From Balanoglossus misakiensis (taxonomy: Eukaryota; Animalia; Hemichordata), in NCBI GenBank assembly GCA_040954595.2, contig CM082592.2:9225677-9289676 (forward strand): a stretch of 64,000 nt of DNA, given 5' to 3'. The notes under the pieces are model-generated. The model did not search any database. It was not told the origin of the DNA and worked only from the letters and a program-made list of their open reading frames with translations. Every line of letters begins with the position of its first letter. Positions within the stretch are counted from its first letter, which is position 1. The translations under genes were made by a program, and so were the position numbers. This document shows positions 35,386 to 50,797 of the stretch, in pieces.

Positions 35386-38300
35386 GATTGATTAATTGGC
35401 ATATCGATTGACTGACAGGCAGATAGACGCGAGGTATTTTAATCGATGGCCGTCAGTCATAAACATGCGCATTGAGGAAAATAACCCCAACCATGCGAAT
35501 GATTGAAAATCCTCCGCCATAGAAATACTATACAGTTATTTTGCCGACTGTAAACTTTCTTCTTTAAGAAAGATTTTCGCTGTGACGCAAAGTTCTGCAA
35601 GTATTAACTAGACGGATAATTGTTCATAGCACATTTCAAAGGATGTCTTTAACGAGATATTGTCGGTTGGCTGGACTTTAGTTCTTGCCAACTCTAGTGA
35701 GTATGAGTATATGTATACGTTTACATTAATTTGTCATCTGAGCTGGCGAGTATCAATTGCACGACACACCACCAAAAAATTTAGTCAATATGGTCATCGT
35801 GCTAACGAAATGTTTATGCAGCAGTTAATTTTGTTTATCTAAACTACGGTACAGTCGTTGCCCTTTTGTACTGTGAACAGAAAATTCAAGATTCACGAAA
35901 CCATTAACATATCTTTACGCATAAACGCGCTCCACAAAAGATAAGCTTATGTCATAGACAGTAGACGCTCACCCAAGATGAAACATTTATGAAAGACAAT
36001 AGTCCCCTGTAAACATATTGACTAAATTACATGCAGACGACATGACGTCATTGAGATACGGGTCCACTGTGTATGATGCAGCAATCCATTTTCACGCCAC
36101 TATCCCTAGCGCAATATCCAAAGATCCGAAGCTCATTGACGTTGACCTGAGAATGGTTTCATGTGAAGACCATTATTATATTTTCCGATATTATCTTGAA
36201 GAGCCATCGTTCGAAGAAAACTAACAAATGCGCTTGCGTACGATAGGTTGTGAGTGTTCGCGCCGCGCAAAGCGACTCAATCAGTTGGTGATTATCATTC
36301 GCCATCAGCGATGATTGATGACAGTAATAAAGTATGAATCACGAGAAATTCAGACATATCCTTAAATTTACAACTCTCAAAGGTTGGCAAGTCTTTCGCA
36401 GGCCATATGTTTTCACGCGACAAATGCTAAAGAATGAATATTATATCATTCCTGTAATTTCCCTTTGTGATCTGTCAACCCAGCCGTTGTCATATGATAT
36501 CCGGCAGTCGAGCTATTACCAGCAGTCTCAAGCGCGTGCATGCTGGCACGTGATAACAATTCAAGGTGTGACAGTAGGGGGCCGTGTGCATAATGTTGGG
36601 ATGGCTTGTATTACTTAGATGAACGACTCGCTTAGTTTATTTTCCCTTTTTTCCACAAATGCTCCACGCGTAAGTTGAAAGCTATTTTACTGATGTGAAA
36701 ACAAAACGTTCGCTGTTGTGCTGTTGACACACGGCTTAACGAGATAAAATCTCGAGGAAAAATCTGGACTTCATATTTGCCTTTTGTTTCTTATTCAATC
36801 AGGATAAATTATTCCCGCCCTGTCAGCAATTTTATGAGAACTGAGTTAAAAGCCACCCTCTAAGATCGCCGTGGAACTACTCGCAATGTACAAGACTACA
36901 TATACATAGACTGCGATACATGTGATCACGTCTCTGTAAAATGACACTCCTTTTACATCCTTAACAAGATAAGTGACATCGTTTGCCTACCGGGAGGGCC
37001 AGGCGGAGAATGTTGATCCGCCATACTTGACATTGTCAACGGCCATGAGTAAAATGTGACTGGTGTATCATCCTTTAAGAGGATTTGGAGCTGTCTTGCT
37101 ATGACGGTACTAGCAAAAATTCCCATCGTTGAAATTCCGCACTGCAATTCACAATCAGATTACCGCACATACCGGTAGTGACTGCATTATCACTCTATTC
37201 AAACTCAAATCGTTTTTCACTAACAGTCCCCCCCCCCCCCCCCCCCGTCCAACCTTCAGTTGAGAGCTGCCCCATGTCACTCAGGATTTGAAAACCTTGT
37301 TCACTCAGCGGAACTAAAATGTATATACAATGCATACTATTAATCAGTTTGACCTGGCTGTGCCCTTAGACATTTCCAGACGTTGAAAAAAAGTCAGCGG
37401 TTCAAATTAACCACTTTCTATTGATCGACTTTCCACCTACCGCTGAAAACAAGGCTAACAAAGCAACTATAACACGTTTTAACAATTCTGATATAGCAGT
37501 GCTGTGCATTATTATTAATATTAAGTGTCATGTATGTATATGCCGAAGTAAGCAATAAAAAGCGAGACTTTTTTCTCTCTTTGCGTCACTTTTGTGAATA
37601 CATAATACGGCAGCGTTCAAGCAGGACTAGAGAAGAGGTTGGGTAGAATGATAATAGGAGTCAACCTGCTTTATTTGTAGTGTACTGAACTTCTGAAGCC
37701 CCTTTGTTGCGAATATTGGCACCTGTCTGGAAAGATCGCTGTCACATGTTTATTGACTGTCCAGATAAACGCCATTTAATTAACCAATATTTATCTTCAC
37801 GCTGGCGATGGAAAGTTTTTTTTTGTTCTTGTTTGCTCGACTGCAACCACCTATGTTTAGGTTCTTCAGTCTGCCCACCACCGTGCTACGTAATGGCCCC
37901 AGTGTTCAAACGCGTGGTGAATCCCTGTACCAAAACAATTTCACTACCGGAGACAACCGAAATCGTTCGCCTACATCCCAGGAATTTCGGAACGTGACTT
38001 CAGTCTGTATTCTGTTGCGCCAGCGCAAAGCTGTTTCAGTTCTGTTGTCATGGGAATAGAAAACTATCAAAAGTCGCCTCTAGCTATCCGTTTGTTGTTG
38101 TATTAGATGTATAGTTTTATGCATCAATTTAAATCGAATTTTCCTTCATGAAAATGCATTGTAGCAGCCATACTGATGGTACGCCCCTCCATTATATTTT
38201 GCGAAGGCCACCATCCTACGTTGTATGTCCGAGTGGTTTCAGGAAAATTTGAAAGTCGCGCCTAGTTGCCCATCCCGTGCGGAAATATTCTTTTCATATT

Positions 38301-41300
38301 ACGTGACTACTACCACAAAAGGTCTCTCGTGGACATTGCAACCGAATCGATTTCAGCTCAGCCCACGACAAGACTCGACTCTATAGTTAAAAACACGGCA
38401 CCCGTATTTTCTATCTCAAACAGATCCCGCAGAACCTGCACTTCTAAATCCGTAATAGTCTTAATTGGAGTTCTATGAAAAGACTCTGTCATCCGGTCGA
38501 AAGCACCCTCATTCAATAGACAATTTTCCGAACTCCACGTGACCCTGCGAGATCTCGTGTGACCAGGCAGTTTCATGTACTTTCAATTTCCGTCCCTTAC
38601 ATTGCAGACAACCACTTGCTCTCAAATAATGTCGTCGACTCATATTTTCAGACAGAAAATTTACAGCCTCGTCATTCTCGTCCGAAAATGTGCACTGCTT
38701 AAAATAACTCCAGTTGGTCATTAAATCCAACAAGTGGCTAATTATCGAGTTCGACTTCTGAATTGCAATGAGGTTTGGAGCGCAATAGTCTATCACACAG
38801 ACGTACATGATGAATGTCGCACAGAAAGTGTCGTATACGCCCCGGGCGCAGAAGTCGTGAGGTCGTTAGTAGAATGCAGTGCGCGACTGTGTGATACATC
38901 GGTGATTATTATTAATTACGTCGTCGACAGCATGATTACAGCGTCGTAAATGTGGCTACCGGGTAAGCTCCACTTGTGAATCACAATGTGGCGACGAAAT
39001 ATCGATCCATACATTGCCACAGTGAGAATTTTTTTTACAGAAATACACTGGTCGTCGGGGTGGCAACCTGAAGGTCGTTTCTGAAGGTATCATCTCATGA
39101 AACGTGCGAGTTCGATGATCTCGGATTTGGAAACCCAAAGGCATGCGCACGACTCTGTTAATTATCATTTAATGTAATGTTACTAAGTCGAGAGTCATCG
39201 TGTTAAAGTTTCCGTCGCAAACCTCGTTTAGTATCGTGATTGCTACCTGTGAAAAACGAAAACCCTATTGTTTTTGTCTAAAATAGAAAATTACCTTCTT
39301 ATTCATCTCACGTTTAACCTGTATAACTTGTGTTTGCCATGTAGGGTGCTGGGAAAGTCTAAAATAGACAGTAAGTCAGAGTGTTAACAGATGACAACAC
39401 AACTGGCAAAGCAAACATCACTTTTACGCCATTGTTATACAGTGTGAGACAATTAACGGTCTTCCCAAACAATCAAAGGGCATTATGCTAAAATCAATAC
39501 ACATTACTTTCGATTTAAAATATGCCTGTTCCAGTCATTTTCTGGTTCCGTCTTCTGTCGGAAGTATCACCTGAAACGATATCACGCGGTGACTTCGACA
39601 CTCTGCTTCTGACACATTAACTCTGCAAGAGGTCCCCGTGCCCGCCAAGTGTAAATTTGCTCTAGTCGCCAACAACTTCGCATCTGAAGAGCGTTTTATT
39701 GAATATGCCTGCTATACTAACACCTATGCCATCAACAGAAGCTAGAAACGCAAGTAGGCGTGCTAGTGTGTGGTAATATTGCGATGTAACGACCGACCGA
39801 GGACTAAAAATAGAGAGTGATGTCAAAATGACACCTGAGTAGGCCACCGGCAGTAGAACGGCAAACTACTAACTAAACAGTTGTCGAGTCGACGAACCCG
39901 CGCGGGGATATGCGGGATGTTTTCGTGTGAGTGAACTTTGAAACCAGTGAAGTATAAACTTGCCACACTGGCATTTATTTCCCTGAAGATGTTCCGCCGA
40001 TTGAGTCAATACTGAGCTGAGTATTGAAATCAAAGTTGTCTCTATCTCAGAACTTGCCTATCGCTGCAGCTGGCAATGCAATGGATATGTCTGTCTTCAA
40101 CATTTATCATGGCAATGCAGTCTCTTATTGTTATAAATTCGTCAGCTCGAATTCATGGACATTTTGTCTTCAGTCTGGCTGTTAATAATGTACATGTACG
40201 TGAATAAATGCTCGTGTTGAGGGAGGGCATCACTAGTTAAATTCAATTGATCACGCTTAAATTTTGTAATATGTCAAACTCTATAGTTCACAGCAAGACA
40301 TGGTTCGCGCATATTTAGTATCACGCTACGCGGCGTAATTCCTTAGATGTTTAGACACGTGCAGCGATAGTTGAGAATTATGATAGTAACCAGTTGGCTA
40401 CACACGAGGCCCTTTTCTCTGCTAGAATGCACCTCGCTCGAATTATCGATCTCCTTTGTGATGCTCTACACGCGGATGTGAACCGTGACACACCTTTCCA
40501 AACACTGGAGACGTGTGTCGTGGGAGATTCTGCATCGGTTGCATATATATCTTTTGAGTTGTTTGTGTAAACATTAACCGCAGAATAACGTCAATATCTG
40601 TTAAGAAGAGAGACAGACATACAGGCACGAGGCCGGCAGACAAGCAAACATTACGAAACTGAGAAAAAAACAATCATTGTTAGTACGATTTAATGTTATA
40701 TTGTACAAACATCCACTGTTTCAGTACGCAATTCATCAAAGCCATGGAATTGTTAAGACCCAGACGCAGGCAACCCTCCGCGTTCATATCAAAGAGAGTA
40801 ATCGCAATTTCCCGTTCTCATCACTCAGCGTAACGCTGATGCAAAACATATCTGAGTGTGCATTATGAAAGATTAATAATTAATTGACAGAATATATATT
40901 CGAGGCGGTAGCTAAATTCCCAGACATTGTGCACTTTTATATTGCGTGACTCGTGAGTGATTGCTGGTTCATTTTGATTATGGTGTTGACAACGTGGCTT
41001 GCATGTGTCGTTTGCCTTAAATGTCTGGTCTGGTCACAGTTGTGGCGTATACTTGACGTCAAATATGCGTGTCTGACATTGTTCTATCACTGGGTGGTCT
41101 TTATTAGATATTTGGTTGAAAATTTGGTTGAAAACTAATACCAGCCGGCATTTTGGCTGTTGCGAACGACAGTTCACAGAACACGCTCCCAGCATGCACT
41201 TCTTGGAGTGTGTATGTCTAATGTGGATCACTGAAGGCACAGTAACTATGCCAATTGAACGTAAAATATTAAAAACTGCTATGAAAAATTTGGGCTATCT

Positions 41301-44300
41301 TTATTGTAATTTTATTTAGACCTAATTTTAGTTCACATTATAATAATAGGCTGTGTTTGTGACTAAACGTTTATCTCTTTAACGACTAAACAATGAAGGA
41401 CACGACAATCTTTTAATATGGTAATATGCTTAATTTCATATCAGTATGCGAATTAATGAACCTTGATTACTTGCGAACTCCGACCTCTTCAAGAAGTTCT
41501 AGCGTATCTTTTGCAGGCGGGAAGTTTTGATACAGTAATCTCCTGTATTTCACTCTTACAACAAACCAGGTTCCAATCATTCGAACCTTGAAAAGGTTAG
41601 GGTTTATAAAGGGATCACGGTTACGTGTATGGAAAAGCTGAAATATGCAAATAATATTATGTGAATGTCAGCGTGATATAGCAGCAACATTGTATATCAA
41701 CCCAAAGCGATATTTTTACAATCGTCATGCATGGCCGGGTGGCACTGCACTTATTTTGTCCAAAGTCTAAATTTGATTTTATCGCTACCCGCATTCGGGT
41801 AGTAAAGGTCGTGTTTTCTGTCACAAAATGCTCACGTAGTGAATGTTTTACGAGTCATACATCCGTATGGTTAAGTATTTTTCACTCGCCAATATGCGAG
41901 ACGTTTCTCTGCTGTGAATTTTACAATTTTCGAAGAGCTTTTCATCCAATTATATATAACTTAAAACGAGTGCAACATTTGATCGGGGCCTGAGCACACA
42001 TATTTTCTGTTGTTCACTTGTGTTATTGTTTCTTCATAAAGTCAAATTTGATCGAGCAGAAATTCAAATATAGCCCTGCCAGGTAACTACATATTTATGA
42101 CTCTTTCCTGGGAGGCAATCTGGCATTGGTCCTCTGCTTTTCCAGGCCGTGCAGCACCATACGGCAAACACCCCGTAGATCGAGATGCGCGTGAGTCATC
42201 CATATTGATACCCATCTGGTTCATGGGGCGTAATAGACGTACCGCAACCATGTTCATTCTCGAACAAATGAACACCACTTGGCCGAGCCAATTTACAAAG
42301 CCATGTTCAAGTTTAGTCGGCTGTTATAACTTTGGGTGTCAACTGCAACGAGAGGAGGTCACCAGATCTAAGATTAATTGAAATGCACTGTTCTCAGGAG
42401 CAAGCTGCATAAATATTTGCGCTGGCTTTCATTTCTGCCCTGATTCTCGTTTGCTCTGGAAAGAAAATCGCAGCGAATAGTCTACTTGAGTTGACATCGC
42501 GGGTTAAGGTCAAGAATTGTATCGCTGCGGTTGAATTGGTCCAAATCAAATTATATAACATTACTTTCTTGTAGGCTTTTTTACATGGCAAATACAATCC
42601 TTAATCTTACTGTGAGTCTTAGACTACCAAAAGTGGATTTAGCTTGTCCACATCCGCAGGTCTGATTTGCATACTCAGTGCGTGGAAATCGTATTGCGCA
42701 AACGACAAGTTGTCATAGGAATAAGGACTGGTACAGGAGCAGATCCCGGTGACATATGGTGAACATAATATTAAGCCCAAAGACTTAGTCGGGTATAGGT
42801 TTAACTCGGACTCTCTGAAAGTGATCCATGTAGATTCTGAATCCGAAAACTACCCCGTCAAATGTCGTCAGCTTGTTTACTAGTAAGTGGCATGTAGTGA
42901 CAAATGGAAGCTTTCATCTCTTAAAATTTCGGTTGCATCGATGGTGTTGTTAGCGAAATGTTATGGCCGCAAACAATCATAAAATAACAAATTTAGATCT
43001 TGATAAAGCAAATGTAAGTCACAGCGATTGATTTAATGTATCACTCGCCCCCTTTTCGTGAACTTAAACTAAAAGATATATCAATATCTAGGATATATTA
43101 CAACCTATCTTTTTCGAATTTGCTAGAAGAAAACCTGTGGGAATACATTGTGAAAGTGTATGTCATGTGAGCGTGTGTTATCGTTTGAACAATCAATGTT
43201 GTAGGAAATTCGATTCCAAGTCTAAATATTCCCAGCATACTTCGTTCCGAAGCGAGCGTATGTCATTCACTTGGTTTGTAATACGTCACCATATAGGTAT
43301 CGTTTGTATGCTTTAAAATTATTTAAAGTAAATTTGAATTGCTTCTTTAAGTCTATTTATTCTGGACGAACGATCCCAAGTGCGGTGTTGCTAAATCCAA
43401 CGGAAACCGTATGTTCCTGTTGTTTGTGCAGACGAATAAACATACAAAGGGAATTATACACCAGTGCGTTCATTTTTCCGATGCTGAACTTTAGGCTGGG
43501 GCTTTACGACACATGTAAGAAATCTGTAAAATATTCTACAAGAGACATGTTTATAACGGCGAGTGTTTTAACAAATGAGTGCGACTAACATTTTGTAAAT
43601 CATCATCATCAACAACTAAGGATTGGATTTGAGTTCTGCCGTGTTTTCCGTTTTAGAGATTATGTTACTGCTTTGAAAAATGGAAAGATAAATACATTTA
43701 TTATCGCCTTATCTCTTGTAGTCTCTCAGTGCCACTGCATAATCAAAACAGCGTATCTGCAGTCCCGTGGGACTATTGAGTTTCCATTTCCCATATGCGG
43801 GGGAAATATATCAAAGTAATCACATGTCCTGTTTATTCTTTGCCAATACTATCACAATATTTGAAATGCCCGACACAATGAATGGTACAAAACACATAAA
43901 CGGTTAGATATTCGTGCTGTTATCCATATAAGTGTCTTTCTTTTTACATTGCATGCATTAATTTGATTTACTTAAGTCTAGCTCTGAATCGTGTGGTAAT
44001 TTATAGATTTGCGTTTTCGAAATGCAAATCCAAAAGTACATACACGCTATTGATTGCGAGTAAGGTGGTATGCAACGGCCTCTGTGCCCCATGAAAGTTC
44101 GAATTTCAAATTAACCTGAACATTGCCTGCTGGGTCGGTCAGCATGTATTTGTCTTGCTATATGAATTTCTCTCTCTTTGTCTCTCTCTGTCTCTGTCTC
44201 TCGTTGGCTTTCCTCAATTAAGTCAATTACAGGACGACCGACTTCATCATAATCTTCAGGTCAAACCGCTGCTGTCGATTAAAAAATTACCATCTCCATT

Positions 44301-46409
44301 TGTTACCATCTTCTAAGTTAAACGACTACAAACAAGAATAAGATCAAAACCGTGTACTACTCTACATTTCGGAAACGAATAAGTACACGCCTAATGGAGT
44401 CGATCGATCAAATGACAGCTTGGTTCTCGTTCTGTTGCATATTACAGAATTACTGACGTCATTGTCGTAAAGCGATACGTTCCGCAGCCCCAACCCCACG
44501 ACGTGAAAATCTCACTTTCTGAAAAACTGCCGAGTATTTAGTCAGGTGGATGGCCGGGGTCAGACCTGCAGTGTGACGTTTGGCAAATACAGCCTTGGGG
44601 TTAGGTCCTCCCCACGAGGTGTTACGACAACTGTAGTCTGATACAGTGTCGGGTTACCGCCTTCCGAGTGATTTCGTGGATTTTCGCCGGGAGGTTGACT
44701 TAAAAGTCTCAAATTAGCTGCAAGCTCGTTGTCGGGGAGGAGCTTTTAATAGATTACGCTTGCAGCGAAGAAAAGATACATATGTATGCGTGGGGCGTTA
44801 TACCGTCTGGCTATTTTTTATGTAACAATTCTTAGATGTGTATAGTAAAGGCGATTAGCTGTGTGCCGGGGACAAACAGATCCTCGGAGCACATTTATAT
44901 TGGAGCCACAAGACTAGAAAATTCAATCAAGTATTCTTTAAAAGAAAACCTTTCATATACAGCAGCTGCAAATTCCACATTCAAATAATCCACGTTCAGC
45001 GTTTTAATTTGGCCGGATCTTCATTGCATGGCGTGAAGGACTAATTACTGTCGAGGTGAGCGGTCACTCATATATAGGCGCAGGATATTCTTTCACGGGA
45101 TAATTCCAGTAATGCTTTTTACAGAAAATCTGCGACCGCTGAGGCCTGTGAACCATGGTAAAGTAAAGGCAAATTACCTCACCAAGCAAAGGTTTCTAAA
45201 ACATAGCGCAGAAGATTAGCTTGTTTCAACCGCCTAATCTCCAAGCTCTGCGTTAGCAAGATCGCGCGCATGTGTCGCGCGCAAAATTATTGGCGTGCGT
45301 TTCAGTGATATGCGCGCCTGTCCTCTATGATTAATTCGACTCCACATTGGGATCGCTTCATCTGAAGTGTACTTTCTCGGGGTAATATTTATTTTCTGCC
45401 TCTTGTAGTCTGAAGAGATATTAACTGAACTGAATTATATAAGAGGGACAAACTCTCCATTTTTACCAGGCAACATTCGTCGCTGCGATATTATTTTAGT
45501 GCCGTTAAAGCATGTTCCGTTTCCATAGAAACATTTCATCGCGGTGGAATGACCACCCGATATTTGATAAGTATTTGACGTAAGTGAAATCAATACTACG
45601 CAATTAATTATGGGGGGAAATGTATCACATTTTAGGGAACACAATTTCCGAAACTCTACTGTCTCGAGTTCCTGATACACCGTTATCTGGATGAACCGAT
45701 TTGCCGAATTTATTGCGATGGACGATAACATTGGTTTTCGTGACGCGCGGGCTTGGCAACGTCGTGGCACATTACCCACAATGAATCACCAACACAAATA
45801 ACTGAAGGAATAACAACGCTCACAAGATTTCCGTTGCCTTGTAAGAGATCGGTATCGCGCAACGCGTGGCACATGCAACCGTCACGGTGGATGCGCTTCC
45901 CTCCGGTGACGTCATTGCTTTGACCATAATGCACCTGTCTATGAAGTTCACGGTGCCCTCTGTCCACCTTTTGTTTCCCCAATTAACAATTTCGTGTAGA
46001 GACACAAGGTCTGTTGTCTGTATCTATAGAAATGCCCACGTCAACATACATTGGTATTTTAGGCCAATTTGGGACAGGTAGAGATATATACAATAACACT
46101 TTGCCATTGGCGACAAACAATTTGTGTTGTATAATACTACAAATCAATTTGAAAACTACCAAGCGCATTCTAGCATGTTGTTTTTAATAATAACAGTAGG
46201 TCATGACTACCCGCACATAATATTTGCCCAGGAAATTCAGTATGGAGTACGTTAACTGAAAGATGTTTGGTGTTGAAATTAGGACAGGGGATCGTTTATC
46301 GATATTAATTTCCGCTGAAAAAATATGCTCGAATTACATGAGATCAAACTGAGTGTAAAATGACCAGGCGAGGGTTCTAATGTGGTGAAATTTTGACCGT
46401 AATCCTTAC

Positions 46410-46565
46410 CTGTTTGGACAGCCTGAAAGTGTTGGTTCCTAGGAATTTCTCGGATTAAAGTTTCGAATTTAATGTCAGGCAAAATGTCATCTTTTTCGTT
46501 GATTTGTGTGGTGGCGAATTCGATGATTTCGCCTTCGTTTTCCGACGGGTCTTCTAGAATAATAC
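46410..46565 (-). CDS. GRID: GluD exon 2 (156 nt, ATD start)
   Basis: ttgtttctttcag|GT ATT ATT...CAA ACA G|gtaagg. Translates GIILEDPSENEGEIIEFATTQINEKDDILPDIKFETLIREIPRNQHFQAVQT, matching GluD GAIF...IL...F...N.FQAVQ; phases 1/1. Confidence 0.94.
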
Positions 46566-47214
46566 CTGAAAGAAACAAGTGAGGGTTTTTAAGAGTAATA
46601 ATCAAAAGGAAAAATAAAGAAACAAATTATTTATTTTGGCATTTGGCAGATATAACCTGGGAGTTATCATGATGATTTCTTTGCTTTCGCATTTTGCTTG
46701 ACGTGACGTGTTTCTGCAGTGGTGAGCTGCTTCTCCCAGAGAAGGATATTGGATGTCTGTTGTAGACTCTCGCAATTATCACCCGGTTGCAACACGACAA
46801 ACATAGCGCGAGCAGTCATCACCAACGTGTTAATCAATTAGAGACGCTTGCTCGACGTGGCGTGGTGTACTGATCTGCGAGGAGTGTTCTGAACCAGATT
46901 TCATATCAGTGAACCCCTGTCGTTTGTGTTTATGGATCAGTGTCCAGAAAGCGCAGATCGCGAAGATGTTCTCCTAATTAGAAAATCTACCGAAGCACAT
47001 GATCCAACGCGCACCGCCTCAAAGAGTATGGCGGAAATAGTCTAGTACTTCAGATGTGAAAAGCTACGGCAATCAAAACTGCGCACGCGACACTATTATC
47101 ACCACAAAATTGGATCGCTGTTATTTGTTGAATAAGCTCCACTCTTTTTTTCGAATTACTCAAGGAAACCTGCCAATAGTGATTCATTCGTATCCCCATT
47201 TCAGTTTGTACATA

Positions 47215-47338
47215 AACATACATACATACATACATACATACATACATACATACGTATGTACGTACATACGTATGTACGTGCATACATACATTCATACATA
47301 CATACATTCATACATACATACATACATGCATACATGCA
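47215..47338. repeat. Compound (CATA)n microsatellite in GluD intron 1
   Basis: CATA/TACA units interrupted by CGTA, TGTA and CATT variants. Confidence 0.92.
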
Positions 47339-50300
47339 TCTCACGCACACACACTATGGAAGTCCACCTGACCTGTTTACATCATATTACTATAAAGTGG
47401 GCCGATTACCTTCATCAAGTTATTGATATTCATCATAGATTTTTTCACAAAGTTAAATTAATTAGTTAATGTGTGAAAGTGCTCTGTTTCTACTCTCCAT
47501 TTCACGCATTCGTGAGTTTTTAAGGTTTAAATACATAATTTATTCATTTGAGTGTCCTCATACGGCTAGAATATGCGTTTGAAATGTTTTAAGCAAATGT
47601 TTACCCGAATATTGAAAACTCCTGGGAGTGGATATTTCTCGACTAATAGGTCAGAATGTCACACTTAGAGAGAGATTCGATACGTTTTGCAAAAATGCAT
47701 TACGTCGGAAAAGGCTCAAGCGTTACCTAGATATCGCCTGCATTCGGTTATCTTAACAATCATAAGTAATGCGTTGTCATTTCTACATTCGCTTTGGGAA
47801 TTTCACACCTGGAGAAAGAATTATCAAGCTCGATCTTTCCACCGCTTATACAAAGTTTTGGCAACGTCCATCATAGAACCGCGTCAAGCAGTTTTGTGGC
47901 AATTCCCATCATGCTTTCACCGTGCATGCAGCTTATTCAGTGGTATTTTTGCAGTGGTGTATCAGTGGAACATTAAAACAAAGACTATAAAAATGGAGAC
48001 CGATAAACCAAACCAAAACGGAATAGCTTTTGCCTCGTCAGTATTTCGTTAAAAATAACAAACTCGATTTGTATTCACTGCACGATAATAGCAGTTGGCA
48101 GTTTATAGTCAGAGAGAGAGCGCCACGGGGATCCAACATCGCTCATCTGCCTAATAAAATACCACCACTGATCGACAAGCTTCCAGATGTCCGCACTGAA
48201 ATAATTCGTGACCTTTCCGTTGTTAATGCAGGTTACATTTAACTGTACAGCCAGGTTAAATCTATAGCTGTAGAGTTTGTCCATCCCTGCACACATATGC
48301 TGGACTATTTCTGCGCGCACCAGCAGTCGGCAGTTGGGTTACCAGAATAACTGCGTTATAAATTTCCGCTGGGTGTTTATGGGAACAGTGATACAGTTCC
48401 GATTGGGTTGGTTTTAGGTGCAGAATCGCAGCCACAGGCTGTGAGAACTGGTAATAAATGAGAATACAGCTATCAGAAGCTACTTCATTCAAGTACAATC
48501 TGTCTGAACGACTGTCGGTGTATATCAAAGAGGGGGATCCAATATTACGAAATGAATAAAGATATTAAGACTTTATTGGCTGTAGTACATTTATCGGCTG
48601 AAGTGCATTTCTCACCCTTGACCTTTCGCCCACTGGTAACTCCGCACACGAAATAAGCAGACTGAGCTACTATACTTTAGTGAGTGTAATTGCTTCTTAA
48701 AATGCAGCGAATCTCACACGACTTCATTAAATCCCTCCACTTCACCATTATGTCCCCCTTAGTATGAAATTACTGGTGAACACGCAATTGTGTCGGTTAT
48801 ACAGGTACCATGTGATTCTAATCGTGAACCAGAATGTGGTATTCTTGGTCTCTCCGGTTTATAAATTAATTGTTCCAGCAACGGAAATTCTGTTCTGGTG
48901 TATTATCGAAGGGTGACGTGTACTTCAACAATGTGTGAGGCAGTGCACCTGTGTGACAATAAAGGAACGTGCACCTCGCACCATATTACATCCTGTATTG
49001 TCAATGGTTGAATAGGGATGTGCGATAATTATCGAGAATATAGTCAATTACTGCCTGGAGGTGATTTCCGGGATGAGCGCCGAAATCAATAATGTTTGTG
49101 TGATTTTCGTCGTTCGCGACCTCGATGGCGTGCATCTGACATAGTGCCTTTGGTTTGCTTTTGGTTTGGTTATTACTAAGGTTGTATTAGGTTGCGTTCA
49201 GTTAAGTTATCTCTGGTTAGGTTTCTTCTAGTTTTAGCTTTCTCTGGAGTCGATTTCAATAGGACGTCCCAGCGTCTTACAAAAGGCATAAATTTTAATA
49301 CAGCCAACGCAACTCTCTTAAAAAAACGATAGTTCTGCTGAAGTGTTAGCGACGTGTGGCGTGAAAGCGATAATTATTTATATCTACGAATGCGCTAGCA
49401 CTAGAATTGGGAACGAAGTCAAGAACACCTTGCGTGAAGATTCCTCCCGTTGTCTCCCCTTCGTGACGTTCTCATTCTGCAGAAGCAGTTGATCGGTAGC
49501 ATTTAATAAATGATTTACTGATAAACAACCTATGGAGGTATCTGTTTCCAGTGATGACTTACACACTGAGCCAAATATAGTGCTTCCTGTATTGCACATC
49601 GCGGGGCTATTTAAGGACACTGCGCTGGTGTCTTGCGTGTTGAGGCATGAAACAAACAGTCGCTCAAGTAATTGTGTTTTTCAGCCACGTCTCAATTCGT
49701 CAACACCGGAGCTTTGGTGCGATTCAATATGCAGTCTCTCAGTTCGTTTGCATTTTTTTTCTGATAAACATAAGCAAGGTTGAGAGGGACTTTCATCGGT
49801 CACGTGATCATGTTCGCACGACAATTTGTCCGGCGTCGATTGAACGACACTAGACCTTTGACCTTATAATGTTCGGGCATGGCGCATAAAGTAAAAGGTC
49901 AGTCAGCGAAAAGGGAAGTTTACCACACCTGCTGGTTGTACGGAATTCCATCAAGTAGGCATAATATCTGATAATCACATAAACTTAACGAAGTTCAGGA
50001 AATCTCATTATAGAAAATCCTCTTATTTGTAACAACCAGAGGCACTTGTACTTACATTTTTCGAATATTTGCACCACTTTGATCTGGTTTACAGTTTACA
50101 ATCTCTCTCTCTCTCACTATGTGGGTGTGTTTCTCTCCCTCCCTCTCCCTTTCACCCTCCCTTCCCCTCTCTCTGATGTGTTCTGACGATACAATACGAA
50201 TTCGTCATTTTCGCAATCAGTCATGCAACACCTCAAGCGATAGACATATCTCCCAGCGAGAATCTCGTGGGCATTTCAAGTCATAACGATATGCCAGAAT

Positions 50301-50797
50301 ATCAATGTTGCCGACGTGATTCTGTTGTCAATATATATATTTGTGCAACTCGAGGGCCCCACAATGCAGACGGTCCTGCTGTCCCAGAAAATAGTTTGCA
50401 GAATGCCCGTTTACGCAAACAGCCTTGTCCAAAACAAATTATACGCAGGGCGTTGAACAGTCTTTATTAACGCTTCAAGTGAACAGTGATTACAAGTTGG
50501 GTGGGGGTATTCAAAGTCTGCTCTTATTTGCCAAGCAAATCCGCGCAAAGGTTGTTGCGACTTTTGCTGGCAAACCGATCGCTCGCGGCAACGATGTCCG
50601 TTTATTGCTATTTGGCGTGACGTAACTGGGGATGGTGTGCACCTGTGCACGCGCTAATCACCCAGAAGGTCATACTGAATTGAATGAAGGGGATAATTAT
50701 ACCGCGGATACAACAGCCTGACGCTGGACGCACACACTGTCTGCTACATGCATTTATGACATACTGGATTAGATAACACTGAGAGGCCTTTACTTAC

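Noticed and set aside
47247-47276. 30-bp perfect palindrome
   Set aside because: Arises from TACA/TGTA/CGTA microsatellite units; low complexity.
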